64,000 nt of DNA from Bacteroidia bacterium (lineage in GTDB: Bacteria; Bacteroidota; Bacteroidia; SpSt-205). Shown here one piece after another: positions 40,497 to 54,238 of this stretch. The notes below the pieces were generated by a model. The model saw only the letters and a list, made by a program, of their open reading frames with translations. It searched no databases and was not told the DNA's origin. Every line of letters starts with the position of its first letter. The first letter of the stretch is position 1. The stretch is taken from the NCBI GenBank assembly GCA_039630245.1, contig JBCNVK010000003.1, positions 88,754-152,753 on the forward strand, in the 5' to 3' direction. The translations under genes were made by a program, and so were the position numbers.

Positions 40497-41966
40497 GTGC
40501 CACTTCACCTGTACAATACCCTTACCCGCCAAAAGGAGCTTTTCACGCCCTATAAGCCACCTTATGTGGGCCTGTATGTCTGCGGCCCCACGGTGTATGG
40601 CGACCCGCACTTAGGCCATGCGCGAGCTGCAGTTACTTTTGATGTCCTTTTCCGCTACCTTACCTATCTCGGCTACAAGGTACGCTATGTGCGCAATATC
40701 ACCGACGTAGGGCACTTAGAAGGGGATGCGGACGAAGGTGAAGATAAGATTCTCAAAAAAGCCCGACTGGAAAAAGTAGAACCTATAGAAATCGCCCACC
40801 GTTATACGGCTCTTTATCATAAGGCGATGGACGCGCTAAATGTGCTGCGCCCTTCCATAGAGCCAGCCGCTACAGCTCACATCCCCCAGCAAATAGCCAT
40901 GATAGAGCGCATCTTAGCGCGTGGGTATGCCTATGTTGTAAATGGATCAGTGTATCTGGATATTGAGCGGTATCGGCAGGACTTTCCCTATGGGATTTTA
41001 TCCGGTCGCTCGGTAGAAGAGCTTCTGGCTGGCACGCGAGAGCTGGAGGGCCAAGGCGAAAAAAAGAATCCCTGGGACTTTGCCCTGTGGAAGCGCGCCG
41101 AGCCTACCCACCTCATGCAGTGGGACTCCCCTTGGGGACGCGGCTTTCCTGGCTGGCATATTGAGTGTTCCGCTATGAGTATTCATTACTTAGGAGTGCC
41201 CTTTGACATCCACGGTGGAGGGCTGGACCTCGTTTTCCCGCATCACGAGGCCGAAATCGCCCAGGCCCATGCCTGCTTCGGACCCGAAGCCCAGCACCAG
41301 GCCCGATTCTGGATTCACAATAACCTCGTTACCATAGAAGGGCAGAAGATGAGTAAATCTTTAGGCAATTTCATCACGGTGGAGGAGATCTTCACGGGTA
41401 GCCACCCCAAGCTTACACGAGCCTATCCACCTATGGCTTTGCGTCTACTTATCCTACAGGCGCACTACCGAAGTACGCTGGATTTCTCCGAAGAAGCCCT
41501 TCTGGGGGCCTATCGGGCCTACCTACGCCTCATGAGCGCCTATCAGCGCCTGAAAGAAGTAAGCCCAGGCAGCCACTCCGACTTCTCTGTACAGGCCTGG
41601 CGGGAGAAGGTTTTTGCCGCCTTAGATGATGATCTCAATACCGCAGCGGCGTTGGCGCTCTTCTTCAGTCAAATAGAGGACATCCTGCGGCTGCGGCGAA
41701 GGGAGCTTTTCCTGCTGCCTGAAGACCTAACCCTCCTTCAAAATACATGGCAAGAGGTACTGGAAAAAATTTTGGGCCTTACCTTCCCGCCTCAGGTAAG
41801 CTGGGCAAACTGGCAGAAGGTGGTGGAACTGCTCATCCAGCTGCGGCGCCAGGCCCGTCTAGAGCGGAATTATGGGTTAGCGGATCTCCTACGGGAGGAG
41901 CTAAGTAGGGCAGGGGTGCGGCTTATGGACTTTCCCGATGAGACTTTATGGGAGCTTTCCGTCTGA
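40497..41966 (+). CDS. cysS: Cysteine--tRNA ligase
   Basis: [31 protein letters not shown] and KMSKS motifs; TATTTTTG (40485-40492) lies 4 nt upstream. Confidence 0.97.
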   Translation: MPLHLYNTLTRQKELFTPYKPPYVGLYVCGPTVYGDPHLGHARAAVTFDVLFRYLTYLGYKVRYVRNITDVGHLEGDADEGEDKILKKARLEKVEPIEIAHRYTALYHKAMDALNVLRPSIEPAATAHIPQQIAMIERILARGYAYVVNGSVYLDIERYRQDFPYGILSGRSVEELLAGTRELEGQGEKKNPWDFALWKRAEPTHLMQWDSPWGRGFPGWHIECSAMSIHYLGVPFDIHGGGLDLVFPHHEAEIAQAHACFGPEAQHQARFWIHNNLVTIEGQKMSKSLGNFITVEEIFTGSHPKLTRAYPPMALRLLILQAHYRSTLDFSEEALLGAYRAYLRLMSAYQRLKEVSPGSHSDFSVQAWREKVFAALDDDLNTAAALALFFSQIEDILRLRRRELFLLPEDLTLLQNTWQEVLEKILGLTFPPQVSWANWQKVVELLIQLRRQARLERNYGLADLLREELSRAGVRLMDFPDETLWELSV

Positions 41967-42928
41967 AGGGCTGGCTGGGACTGGCAGTGGGTCTATGGAG
42001 CTGTACGTCTGCGCCTCCTACGCCGCCTTTGCCGGCGCGCCCAGCCTTCACGCTAGCAGCTCAGCGTCCGATCTTTTCGGCTGAGAGTGCGTATGTAGCA
42101 ATTGAACGGCAGCTGGCCTTCGGCCCGCGCATACCCGGCACCTCTACGCATAGAGCCTGTGGTGACTGGCTCAAAGCGGAGCTCCTTCGGCGCGGCGCCC
42201 GCCTTACCGAACAGATCGGCACCTATAAGGGCACGCCGATTCGCAACTTCATCGCTTCCTTTGGCGACACGGTGCCGCACGGTCGGGTGCTTCTGTCCGC
42301 CCACTGGGACTCGCGGCCGCGGGCCGATAGAGACCCGCAGAACCCTAACGCCCCTGTCCCCGGCGCTAATGACGGCGCCAGCGGCGTGGCTGTGCTTCTG
42401 GAGCTTGCGCGCCTTTTTGCTCAGCAGCCCTTGCCCTATCCCGTAGATATCGCCCTCTGGGATGCGGAGGATTTAGGGCAGGAAGGCGTAGAGGACTCCT
42501 ACTGCTTGGGAAGCCAATACTGGCTTGAGCAGCCGCGGCCCTATCCGCCGCAGGCCTACACCTGGGGCATTCACCTGGATATGGTAGGCGGGCGGGGGGC
42601 TACTTTCTTTCAAGAAGGGTACAGCCGGCAGTATGCACCTTTTCTTACTGAGCGGATATGGCAGGTAGCCGCCCAGCTGGGCTATGGGGGAATTTTCCGC
42701 TTTGCCGCTGGAGAGCCTATCCTAGATGATCCCTTCTACCTCTCCAGCCGCGGGCACATCCCTGTGTGCAATATTATCCAACGCACACCCGGTCAAGGCT
42801 TCTTCCCGGAATGGCATACCACCCAGGACGACCTAAGCGTCATAGATAAGAACACCCTCCAAGCCGTAGGGGAGACCCTCGTAGCCTTTTTGTATTCGTT
42901 TTCGCCGCAGAGCCTCAGCCCTAAGTAG
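41948..42928 (+). CDS. M28 family lipoprotein, probable zinc glutaminyl cyclase
   Basis: WS-C lipobox, AFGPRIPG, AHWDSR, GANDGASG, DAED, LDMVG and WHT motifs. Confidence 0.8.
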   Translation: MGAFRLKGWLGLAVGLWSCTSAPPTPPLPARPAFTLAAQRPIFSAESAYVAIERQLAFGPRIPGTSTHRACGDWLKAELLRRGARLTEQIGTYKGTPIRNFIASFGDTVPHGRVLLSAHWDSRPRADRDPQNPNAPVPGANDGASGVAVLLELARLFAQQPLPYPVDIALWDAEDLGQEGVEDSYCLGSQYWLEQPRPYPPQAYTWGIHLDMVGGRGATFFQEGYSRQYAPFLTERIWQVAAQLGYGGIFRFAAGEPILDDPFYLSSRGHIPVCNIIQRTPGQGFFPEWHTTQDDLSVIDKNTLQAVGETLVAFLYSFSPQSLSPK

Positions 42929-42933
42929 GGGAT

Positions 42934-44241
42934 CTACTGCGGCCGGTAGCGCACGGCTATCTTGAGCTCACCGCAATTTACCTCAGTCTCGCAATTACCT
43001 CCCATGACTATAGCTTGATTACCGCTAAAGCGATTGCCTCTTACATCATAAGTATAGGTGCCGGGGCTGAGCGTTTCGCGTGCTATTACCACTAGGGCAT
43101 CCATATCGGTAACAGCCCCGTCACCATTGTGAAGCTTGCGGCGATTCCACCCACCTATAGGAATATAGTTACCGTTCCGATAGATAATAAGGTCTGCTAC
43201 AGCCCAGGAGGTAGATACACCTCCCGTTAGCATTACGCCTGCCTGAGCCCAAATCTCCACATCCGCCGTATAACCCGTGGGAACCGTGATCACTTGAGAA
43301 AGGCCTGGCAGAGGGGTAACGACACCACTGATGTTTAGGGTTATCGCCCCTGTACTGCTGCGATGGTACCATACTACTTCATTATTTATGCTTACCCAGC
43401 GGGGGGCGGCTGGCGTGCCGGCGTTGTAGTAGTAGCCGGCCCCTGCGGGGAGAGCGGCATTCGTGTTATAAACCAGAAGGCTTGTAGCGGGGTTCGGGAT
43501 AGTAGTGGCATCGGTTACAGAGGTGAGGTTGACCCGTGGAATGAGTACGCCCGCATTTGTAGCTGATACCTCTAAGCGCGCCGAGGCATTCGGGCTGTTT
43601 GTGCCTATTCCGACATTTCCGCTATTTCCGCTGAGGGTAAAGTTGAAGCCGCTGAGGGCAATGTCGGTATTACGGGTTAGTTCGCCGCCCAGCTCTATGG
43701 CGGGGGAGGGATTGGTGGCAAAGGTAAGGCCGTTTCGCACGGGATGGCGGGTCAAAGTCCAGTTTGCACCGTCCCAGAAAAGGATTTGGCCAGCTTGAGT
43801 GCCAGACTGGAGGGTGATAGGGTTAGCTGCGGTGCCGTTTCCTTGGAGGGGTATGCTGGTAGCTACCGTAGGCAAGGCGAGTTCCCAGCTATCGCCGTCC
43901 CAGGCCCATACTTGGCCGGCTTGGGTGCCAGGTCGGAAGGTGATGGGGTTAGCTGTGGTGCCATTGCCTTGGAGGGGGCTACTGGTTTGCGCCGTGGTGG
44001 AGATAGCCGCCGGTACCCAGGCCGTGCCATTCCACTGGAGGACATCACCCGCATTATTACCCGCTATAGTGCCGAAGACGCCATTAGGGTCTATGGAGGC
44101 TATGCGCGTACCTGTACCGCTGTAGGCGCGTACCCGCAGTCGTCCGCCCTCCACATCCAGCCGTTCCGTAGGTGTAGTAGTGCCAATCCCAAAGTTCTGA
44201 GCCCACACGAAGGTCAGGCTACCTAGCCACAGGCGCCGCAT
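42934..44241 (-). CDS. Secreted GIGT-repeat, fibre-like protein
   Basis: WA-QNFGIGT start, GNVGIGT.SP..GVLIPRV..PATSLLVYNT module, internal 42-aa repeats; TATCTTTG (44253-44246) lies 4 nt upstream. Confidence 0.65.
   Translation of the reverse strand: MRRLWLGSLTFVWAQNFGIGTTTPTERLDVEGGRLRVRAYSGTGTRIASIDPNGVFGTIAGNNAGDVLQWNGTAWVPAAISTTAQTSSPLQGNGTTANPITFRPGTQAGQVWAWDGDSWELALPTVATSIPLQGNGTAANPITLQSGTQAGQILFWDGANWTLTRHPVRNGLTFATNPSPAIELGGELTRNTDIALSGFNFTLSGNSGNVGIGTNSPNASARLEVSATNAGVLIPRVNLTSVTDATTIPNPATSLLVYNTNAALPAGAGYYYNAGTPAAPRWVSINNEVVWYHRSSTGAITLNISGVVTPLPGLSQVITVPTGYTADVEIWAQAGVMLTGGVSTSWAVADLIIYRNGNYIPIGGWNRRKLHNGDGAVTDMDALVVIARETLSPGTYTYDVRGNRFSGNQAIVMGGNCETEVNCGELKIAVRYRPQ
43753..43980 (-). 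repeat. Intragenic tandem duplication, 126-bp (42-aa) period
   Basis: CCTTGGAGGG at 43841 and 43967; PLQGNGT.ANPIT...GTQAGQ...WDG..W occurs twice. Confidence 0.8.
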
Positions 44242-44261
44242 CCAACAAAGATAAAAAATCC

Positions 44262-45347
44262 TTAGAGCTCTTCATCGCTTGCGGGGATCAGGGCCGAGGC
44301 CTTTCGGTATTCGGTTACCCGCCCCTCAAAGAAGTTCTGCTCCTTTCGGATATCCATTAGCTCCGCCAGCCAAGGAAGCGTATTTTGAGCCCCAGGGAAG
44401 AGCGGCTCTAAGCCCACGCTTTGCAGGCGCCGGTTAGCGATGTAGTGAATGTACTCAATGAACTCCTCGGGCTTGAGGCCCACGGCGGGGAGGGGTAGGC
44501 AATCTTGGATAAATTCCTCCTCCAAGCGTACGCCCTCAGCCATAAGCTGGCGCAGCTCTTCTTGAAAGGCCGGCGTCCAAACGTCGGGATTCTCATTCAC
44601 AAGTTCTAAAAGAAGCCGGCGGAAAAGCTCTATATGATTGCTCTCGTCGCGCAGGGTGTAACGGAACATCTGCCCGATGCCGGGGAATTTACCTTGGCGG
44701 TAGAGGCTTAGCACCATGCCAAAAAGCCCATAGAACTGCGTGCCCTCCATAACAAGGCCAAAGGTGAAGATGTTTTTGGCTAAGAGCTGCTTATTTTCGG
44801 TTTTTGTCAGGTCTAAGTCGCGCCGCAGATCCTGAGAGATGCGCGTTACGAAGGCATTTTTGGCGCGGATAGTAGGAATATCTACAAACATCGCCTCACA
44901 TTCATACGGGTCTATGCCGAGGGAGGCAATCATGTAGAGTAGGGAGTCCGCATGGACGTTTTCCTCGTGGGCGTGCCGGCCCAGTACCAGCTTGAGTTCG
45001 CTAGCGGTTACCAGCTCACGCACTACGTGGATGATATTATCGCCGACGATTCCTTCTGCGGCGGAGAAGTAGCCAACCGCCATGCGAATAATCCAGCGGT
45101 CTAAATCGCTGATTTCTCGGCTTTTCCATTGGGCGGCGTCCTTATGCATGGGGATATCCTCTGGCTCCCAATGGTTAGCCTTCATGGTGCGGTAGAGGTC
45201 ATACGCCCAGGGGTACTTGAGGGGTAGGAGATTGAAGGCCATGGTAATGCGTCCATTGATGACGCGCTTTTCGGCGATGGCCTGCTCGGCTTTTTCTACA
45301 TCTAAGACGAACTCTCGTCCACCGAAGGTGTAGGTGCGCGTGGCCAT
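44262..45347 (-). CDS. nrdB: Ribonucleotide reductase beta subunit, R2c/class Ic-like
   Basis: EENVH, MEG and RDESNH ligands; C-terminal NFFE.RV.EY; TAACTTCG lies 4 nt upstream. Confidence 0.92.
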   Translation of the reverse strand: MATRTYTFGGREFVLDVEKAEQAIAEKRVINGRITMAFNLLPLKYPWAYDLYRTMKANHWEPEDIPMHKDAAQWKSREISDLDRWIIRMAVGYFSAAEGIVGDNIIHVVRELVTASELKLVLGRHAHEENVHADSLLYMIASLGIDPYECEAMFVDIPTIRAKNAFVTRISQDLRRDLDLTKTENKQLLAKNIFTFGLVMEGTQFYGLFGMVLSLYRQGKFPGIGQMFRYTLRDESNHIELFRRLLLELVNENPDVWTPAFQEELRQLMAEGVRLEEEFIQDCLPLPAVGLKPEEFIEYIHYIANRRLQSVGLEPLFPGAQNTLPWLAELMDIRKEQNFFEGRVTEYRKASALIPASDEEL

Positions 45348-45437
45348 ACGGCGAAGTTAACAGAAGCCCTCCTCTGGAGGCGCCAAAGGGCGGTGCAGGA
45401 GATGTGGAAAAGTGCCCTGTGGAAGGAGGCTCGGAAG

Positions 45438-47598
<2,161 letters not shown>

Positions 47599-47623
47599 AA
47601 GCCTCAAAGGTAGGGAAAAGCCC

Positions 47624-50446
47624 TTAGCCGAGGCGGTAGCGAATGGTAAGGTAGGCCCGCCAGGCCCATCGTTCCCATGCCGCTACGGCATCACGCGCCG
47701 AATTGAAGCTGTTTGCATTTCCCACCCGTTGCGTGCGGCGATAGGGCTGATTGATAAAGTCCCAGATGGCCAGCCGCACTTCCCACCGCGAACCGAGCCG
47801 ATAGGAGATTTGGGCTTCCCCAACTAGCCTTCCTTCTTCTATAAGGTGGGGATAAACATACGGATCAAACCCGATGGCCCAGATTTGGGCACTGGTGTAA
47901 TTGAAGAAGAGGGCCCCTTCCCAGCGACGGCGGGTATAAAGAAGACCCGCATTACCCACTATGGGCGAGTGGCCCTGTAAGCGTCCCTCCAACCGCCCTA
48001 TTTTACGCCAGACCGGCCTCTCTAGCGCACTCTCGCTAACCGTGATAGTGAGATAGCTCCAGAAGCGTCTCGTTTCAGTCTGCCAAAGGGTTTTCCGGGC
48101 CTCTATTTCTATGCCGACTATGTCGCCCCACCGACGCTGACGGCTGGAATAGGTGAAAACTAAGGTGTAACTCTCCGGTATTAGATATACTTCAGGAAGC
48201 TGGCGCAGATGCTTGTAAAAAAGTCCTATGGCGATCAGGTTATCCTTATCTCTTAGCCATTCATAGCGTAGGTCGGCGTTATAACTGCGAGCGGTGCGGA
48301 TAGTGGGTTCGCCTATCCAGTAGTAGGCCCAGAGGTAATCAAAGTAGGGCAGGGGTACTTGAGTAGGAAAAGGAGGACGCACTAAAGTTAGGTTTGCACC
48401 GAGCCGTAGGGTATGGCGCTCACCCAGCCAGCGTTTGAGCAGGAAGGCCGGAAGGAGGTGCCCGTCGCTTAGGCGGGTCAGGGTAGTTTCGGTTTCGGTA
48501 GCTATGGGGACGTTCCAAATTTGGCGCTGCCAGTGCTCGTATCGTGCGCCAAGCAGGGCTTCCCAGCGTGGACCTAAGCCCAGCCGTACCCAGGCATACC
48601 CGGCTACCGTCTGCGTTATGCCCCGATGCCGGTGGAAATCCCCCGTGCGCTCAATCAAGTACCACCCACCCGGCTGCCGATAGGGTAGGGCATAGACGTC
48701 TCGGATATTCTCCAAGCTATAGACCTCCTCAGGTAACGCGCCTCTTGGCCTGCCACCCGTCGTATCGGTTAGGAAACCTAGGAGTCGACCATGGAAGTGC
48801 TGCCGTTCCTGAGAGTACCAGCCGCCTAGGCGAACCTGAAGCCAACTTTCGCCCCCTTCCCACCGCCGCTCTAGGTAGGGATGTATATACCCTTGCCAGG
48901 CTCGTACCCGAGAGGTCCATACCTGCGCATATACCTCGGATGAACCGTAAAGCTCATGCTCGTACGAGAATGCCGTCGCACCAGGATACCGGATATAATT
49001 CATAGCGCCCGCTTGAGGGATGTCTTGACCTTGCAGAATAAGGCCGGCTTGAATAGCGCTGCGCCAACCGCCTTGGCTACTGAAGTGCCAACTAGGCCGT
49101 ACAATGGCTAAGTAGGAGCGAGGCAAGTAAAAAGATGAATAGTAGGCCTGTACGGGATTGACCGAGTCTATTTCAGGATTTATGTAGGCGCCTTGCTCAA
49201 GAGCGGTACGCTGCGTGGTACTAAGAATGCTGAAACCCTCCAGCATGAGGGTATGGTGAGGATGAGGCTGAAAGGCCAGATTCCAGGAGGCACCACCGCC
49301 CTGTGTGTAGTAACGCAGAGGATTAGAACGGCCTTTAACGGTGTAGTAGGATTGGAAGTGCCAGTGGCCATCTTCTTCTACAAAGGTGCCGTCATCAAAT
49401 CGTATGGCAGAAGCCAGATAGCGTTGGGAGAAAGCACCCCGCAAAGAGACTCGCCACTTCTCCCAGCGTCTGTCGTAGCTTACGGTAAGAAGGTGGCCAG
49501 GCGGGGCAAAAGAGAGCGAGTCAGGCACTGTGTAGCGCTCTACCCTCTGAGCATATTGGAAGTTCTCGGATGTAGGCACGCCGTTGTTTTCCGAAGCTTG
49601 AATTGTGTGGGGAGGGGGAAAGCCAGCCGGAATGGGAGAACGCAGCGGGGAAGAGAAGCGGGGGAAGCGTCGCCCTACCGCCGTAAAATCCCACTCGGTG
49701 GTGTAGGCTATCTGAAGACCTTCGCTCGTGGTTTGGGGAAGCTGGAAATCCACCATGCCGCCGCCGAAGTGGCCTAATAGTTCAGGCGTCCAAAACTTAC
49801 GTACCTCCACCCGCCCTAGAAGGGTAGTAATAAGCTGCTCTATCTCGCTGAAGGTAGCATCGTAGTTTAGCCAAGCCGGATAGGCCGCCCAAAAGGCAAA
49901 GGCATTATACCGTTCGCCCATTCCCCGGATAGAAATATACCGACCCGATAGGAGGGAAACCCCAGGCAGGCGCCGAAGTACATTCGGCACGTAGAAATCG
50001 GTGCTTCGCTTCATGATAAGCTCTTGGGAGTACAGCTCGGCAATTTCCAGGGCGCGCAACCGCTCTAAAAAGAGGCCGGCCTCAGTTTCGCGGGCTGCTT
50101 CGGCCACAATCGGTACCTCTTGGAGCTCGGTCTCCACCGCCGAGAGGCGCAAGAGGAGATCGGTCTCAGCCCGACTCAGCCCTACCCGCAGGGGGCGATA
50201 GCCCAGAAGGAAAACCGAAAGCGTATCCAGCCGTTCTACTATGAGGGTAAAGTAGCCTTTTTCATCGGTATAAGTACCCACGCTACCTAGGCGCACTTGA
50301 ACCCCCATGAGGGGTTCTCCTGTGCGGGCATCTATCACCCGCCCAGCGATGCGCTGGCGCACCGAAGGGGGACTGACTATAGTTAGGCGCTCTTCCTGAG
50401 CTAAGAGGATGGTAGAGAGGACAAAGGCAGCTACGAGTCTTTGCAT
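47624..50446 (-). CDS. TonB-dependent receptor
   Basis: N-terminal CarboxypepD_reg-like domain (GRVIDARTGEPL), plug (LRRLPGVS..IRGMGERYN), barrel strands (NADLRYEW); TATCTTTG lies 4 nt upstream. Confidence 0.85.
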   Translation of the reverse strand: MQRLVAAFVLSTILLAQEERLTIVSPPSVRQRIAGRVIDARTGEPLMGVQVRLGSVGTYTDEKGYFTLIVERLDTLSVFLLGYRPLRVGLSRAETDLLLRLSAVETELQEVPIVAEAARETEAGLFLERLRALEIAELYSQELIMKRSTDFYVPNVLRRLPGVSLLSGRYISIRGMGERYNAFAFWAAYPAWLNYDATFSEIEQLITTLLGRVEVRKFWTPELLGHFGGGMVDFQLPQTTSEGLQIAYTTEWDFTAVGRRFPRFSSPLRSPIPAGFPPPHTIQASENNGVPTSENFQYAQRVERYTVPDSLSFAPPGHLLTVSYDRRWEKWRVSLRGAFSQRYLASAIRFDDGTFVEEDGHWHFQSYYTVKGRSNPLRYYTQGGGASWNLAFQPHPHHTLMLEGFSILSTTQRTALEQGAYINPEIDSVNPVQAYYSSFYLPRSYLAIVRPSWHFSSQGGWRSAIQAGLILQGQDIPQAGAMNYIRYPGATAFSYEHELYGSSEVYAQVWTSRVRAWQGYIHPYLERRWEGGESWLQVRLGGWYSQERQHFHGRLLGFLTDTTGGRPRGALPEEVYSLENIRDVYALPYRQPGGWYLIERTGDFHRHRGITQTVAGYAWVRLGLGPRWEALLGARYEHWQRQIWNVPIATETETTLTRLSDGHLLPAFLLKRWLGERHTLRLGANLTLVRPPFPTQVPLPYFDYLWAYYWIGEPTIRTARSYNADLRYEWLRDKDNLIAIGLFYKHLRQLPEVYLIPESYTLVFTYSSRQRRWGDIVGIEIEARKTLWQTETRRFWSYLTITVSESALERPVWRKIGRLEGRLQGHSPIVGNAGLLYTRRRWEGALFFNYTSAQIWAIGFDPYVYPHLIEEGRLVGEAQISYRLGSRWEVRLAIWDFINQPYRRTQRVGNANSFNSARDAVAAWERWAWRAYLTIRYRLG

Positions 50447-50497
50447 CTTACAAAGATAGCTAGCAGCGGAATGAGCTGTAGGTTTTAGCTCAAATCG

Positions 50498-52605
<2,108 letters not shown>

Positions 52606-52638
52606 ACCACTGCAAAGGTAGGAACTTTTCGGCTTTTG

Positions 52639-53427
52639 TCAAGAGCTGGGCGCGCGCCGTTTGTAATGCGTAACCCACAGGGCATTCCAAAGGGCTAAGC
52701 TATACTCGGCCTGCTTGCGAAAGAAAGGGTAACCGCTCTCCCAGCGAGCACCCCGCTGCCAAACCGCTTGAAGGAAGTAAGTAGGATGAGGGTTGTAAAT
52801 CATCTCCCATACAATCCAAGAAGGCTGCACGCGTGCGAGAGGAAAGGGCGGCATGGCCTTCATCGCAGGAAACATCCCCACTGGCGTAGCCTGTACTAAA
52901 AGTACTTTTTCAGGAAAAACATAATCCTCGCAAGCTTCATAACTAATGCGCTGATGAGGCACTGAAAAGCCTACTAAGCGTGCCGCAGGCTCGCGGCTTA
53001 CAAAAAGAATAGGCACTTCAGGATAGAGCCGAGCATGCGCATACGCTACGGCCCGTCCTACCCCGCCTGTACCCAGAATTACAGCCATTTCCCAGGGTCC
53101 ATATACGCTTTCCATTTCGCCCAGAAGGTAATGGGCCGCTTGGTAGTCGGTGTTATGCCCCTGCCAACGTCCATCGGGTAAGAGGCTTACGGCATTTACG
53201 GCTTGCGTGGCCTCCACCTCGGCGTCACGCAGGTCTAAAAGCGGATAAATGGCGGTTTTGTAGGGAAAAGTTACATTGAAGCCAATCCAGCCCCGCTGCC
53301 TAATCGCTTGGCGCAAGTCGGTCAAATCGGGTGGGGTATACACCTCATAGGGCACACCAAAGACGCGCTGAAAAAGGAGCGGCGAAAAGGAACGCACCCC
53401 CTCACCAGCCAGTAGCCCAAGCTTCAC
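52639..53427 (-). CDS. aroE: Shikimate dehydrogenase
   Basis: SFSP, GFNVTFPYK, AVN, GHNTD, ILGTGG, ATPVGM and IYNP motifs; GTG 53427 lies 4 nt after TACTTTTG. Confidence 0.88.
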   Translation of the reverse strand: MKLGLLAGEGVRSFSPLLFQRVFGVPYEVYTPPDLTDLRQAIRQRGWIGFNVTFPYKTAIYPLLDLRDAEVEATQAVNAVSLLPDGRWQGHNTDYQAAHYLLGEMESVYGPWEMAVILGTGGVGRAVAYAHARLYPEVPILFVSREPAARLVGFSVPHQRISYEACEDYVFPEKVLLVQATPVGMFPAMKAMPPFPLARVQPSWIVWEMIYNPHPTYFLQAVWQRGARWESGYPFFRKQAEYSLALWNALWVTHYKRRAPSS

Positions 53428-53431
53428 GCGC

Positions 53432-53457
53432 CAAAAGTAAACCAAAACTTACCTTCG
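53432..53457. promoter_or_regulatory. Divergent pair of -7 boxes (TACTTTTG on -, TACCTTCG on +)
   Basis: Each box lies exactly 4 nt before its start codon (53427 and 53462). Confidence 0.7.
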
Positions 53458-53461
53458 CCTC

Positions 53462-54238
53462 ATGCGTCTCTATTTTGAGCGGCTGGGCAGCGGGGAACCT
53501 ATTTACGTTTTTCTGCATGGCCTATTTGGGAGTGCGGATAATTGGCGAGGCGTAGTCAAGCAGCTAAATCTACCCGGCACCTTTTACTTAGTAGATGCAC
53601 GCAATCATGGGCGCTCACCGCACGCGCCCTCTCATACCTACGCGGACCAGGCGCAGGATATTCTGGCGCTTCTCGCGTCGGAGGGGCATTCTGCGGCTCA
53701 TCTGCTGGGCCATTCCATGGGCGGCAAAACGGCCATGTACCTTGCGCTGAATTTCCCCCAATCCGTTCGCTCCGTAGTGGTAGGCGATATAGCTCCGCGC
53801 GCCTATACTGGTGGTCATGAGGCGATATGGGAAGCCCTTCGCCGAGCTGACCTTAGCGTGAGGCGCCGAGAAGAAGTGGAAGCCCAACTGGTTCCTTTTA
53901 TTCCCGATGGAGGGGTGCGCCAATTTCTTCTAAAAAACCTTGCGCGAGATGCGCAGGGGCGCTTCTACTGGCGCATTAACCTCACCGGCCTTTATGCGGC
54001 GTATCCGGCTATCTTAGCCGCTGTGTTCGGTAAGCCCTATACGGGGCCGGCCCTTTTCCTAAAGGGTGAGCGTTCAGAGTACCTTAGGCCAGAGGATGAA
54101 CCGCAGATAAAGGCGCTTTTCCCCCATGCGGTGGTAGAGGTAGTGCCTAGAGCAGGGCACTGGATTCATGTGGATAATCCCACTTATGTGGTCCAGGTGC
54201 TTGAGCGTTTCTGGGCCCAGCTCCTTACGGCCGCATAA
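53462..54238 (+). CDS. Alpha/beta hydrolase (YbfF-like esterase)
   Basis: HGLFGS, DARNHG, GHSMGG and AGHWIH motifs. Confidence 0.92.
   Translation: MRLYFERLGSGEPIYVFLHGLFGSADNWRGVVKQLNLPGTFYLVDARNHGRSPHAPSHTYADQAQDILALLASEGHSAAHLLGHSMGGKTAMYLALNFPQSVRSVVVGDIAPRAYTGGHEAIWEALRRADLSVRRREEVEAQLVPFIPDGGVRQFLLKNLARDAQGRFYWRINLTGLYAAYPAILAAVFGKPYTGPALFLKGERSEYLRPEDEPQIKALFPHAVVEVVPRAGHWIHVDNPTYVVQVLERFWAQLLTAA

Noticed and set aside
19241-44241. Prophage or diversity-generating retroelement explanation for the fibre-like genes
   Set aside because: No integrase, structural phage genes, reverse transcriptase or template/variable repeat pair seen; both genes have host-type signal peptides and promoter boxes
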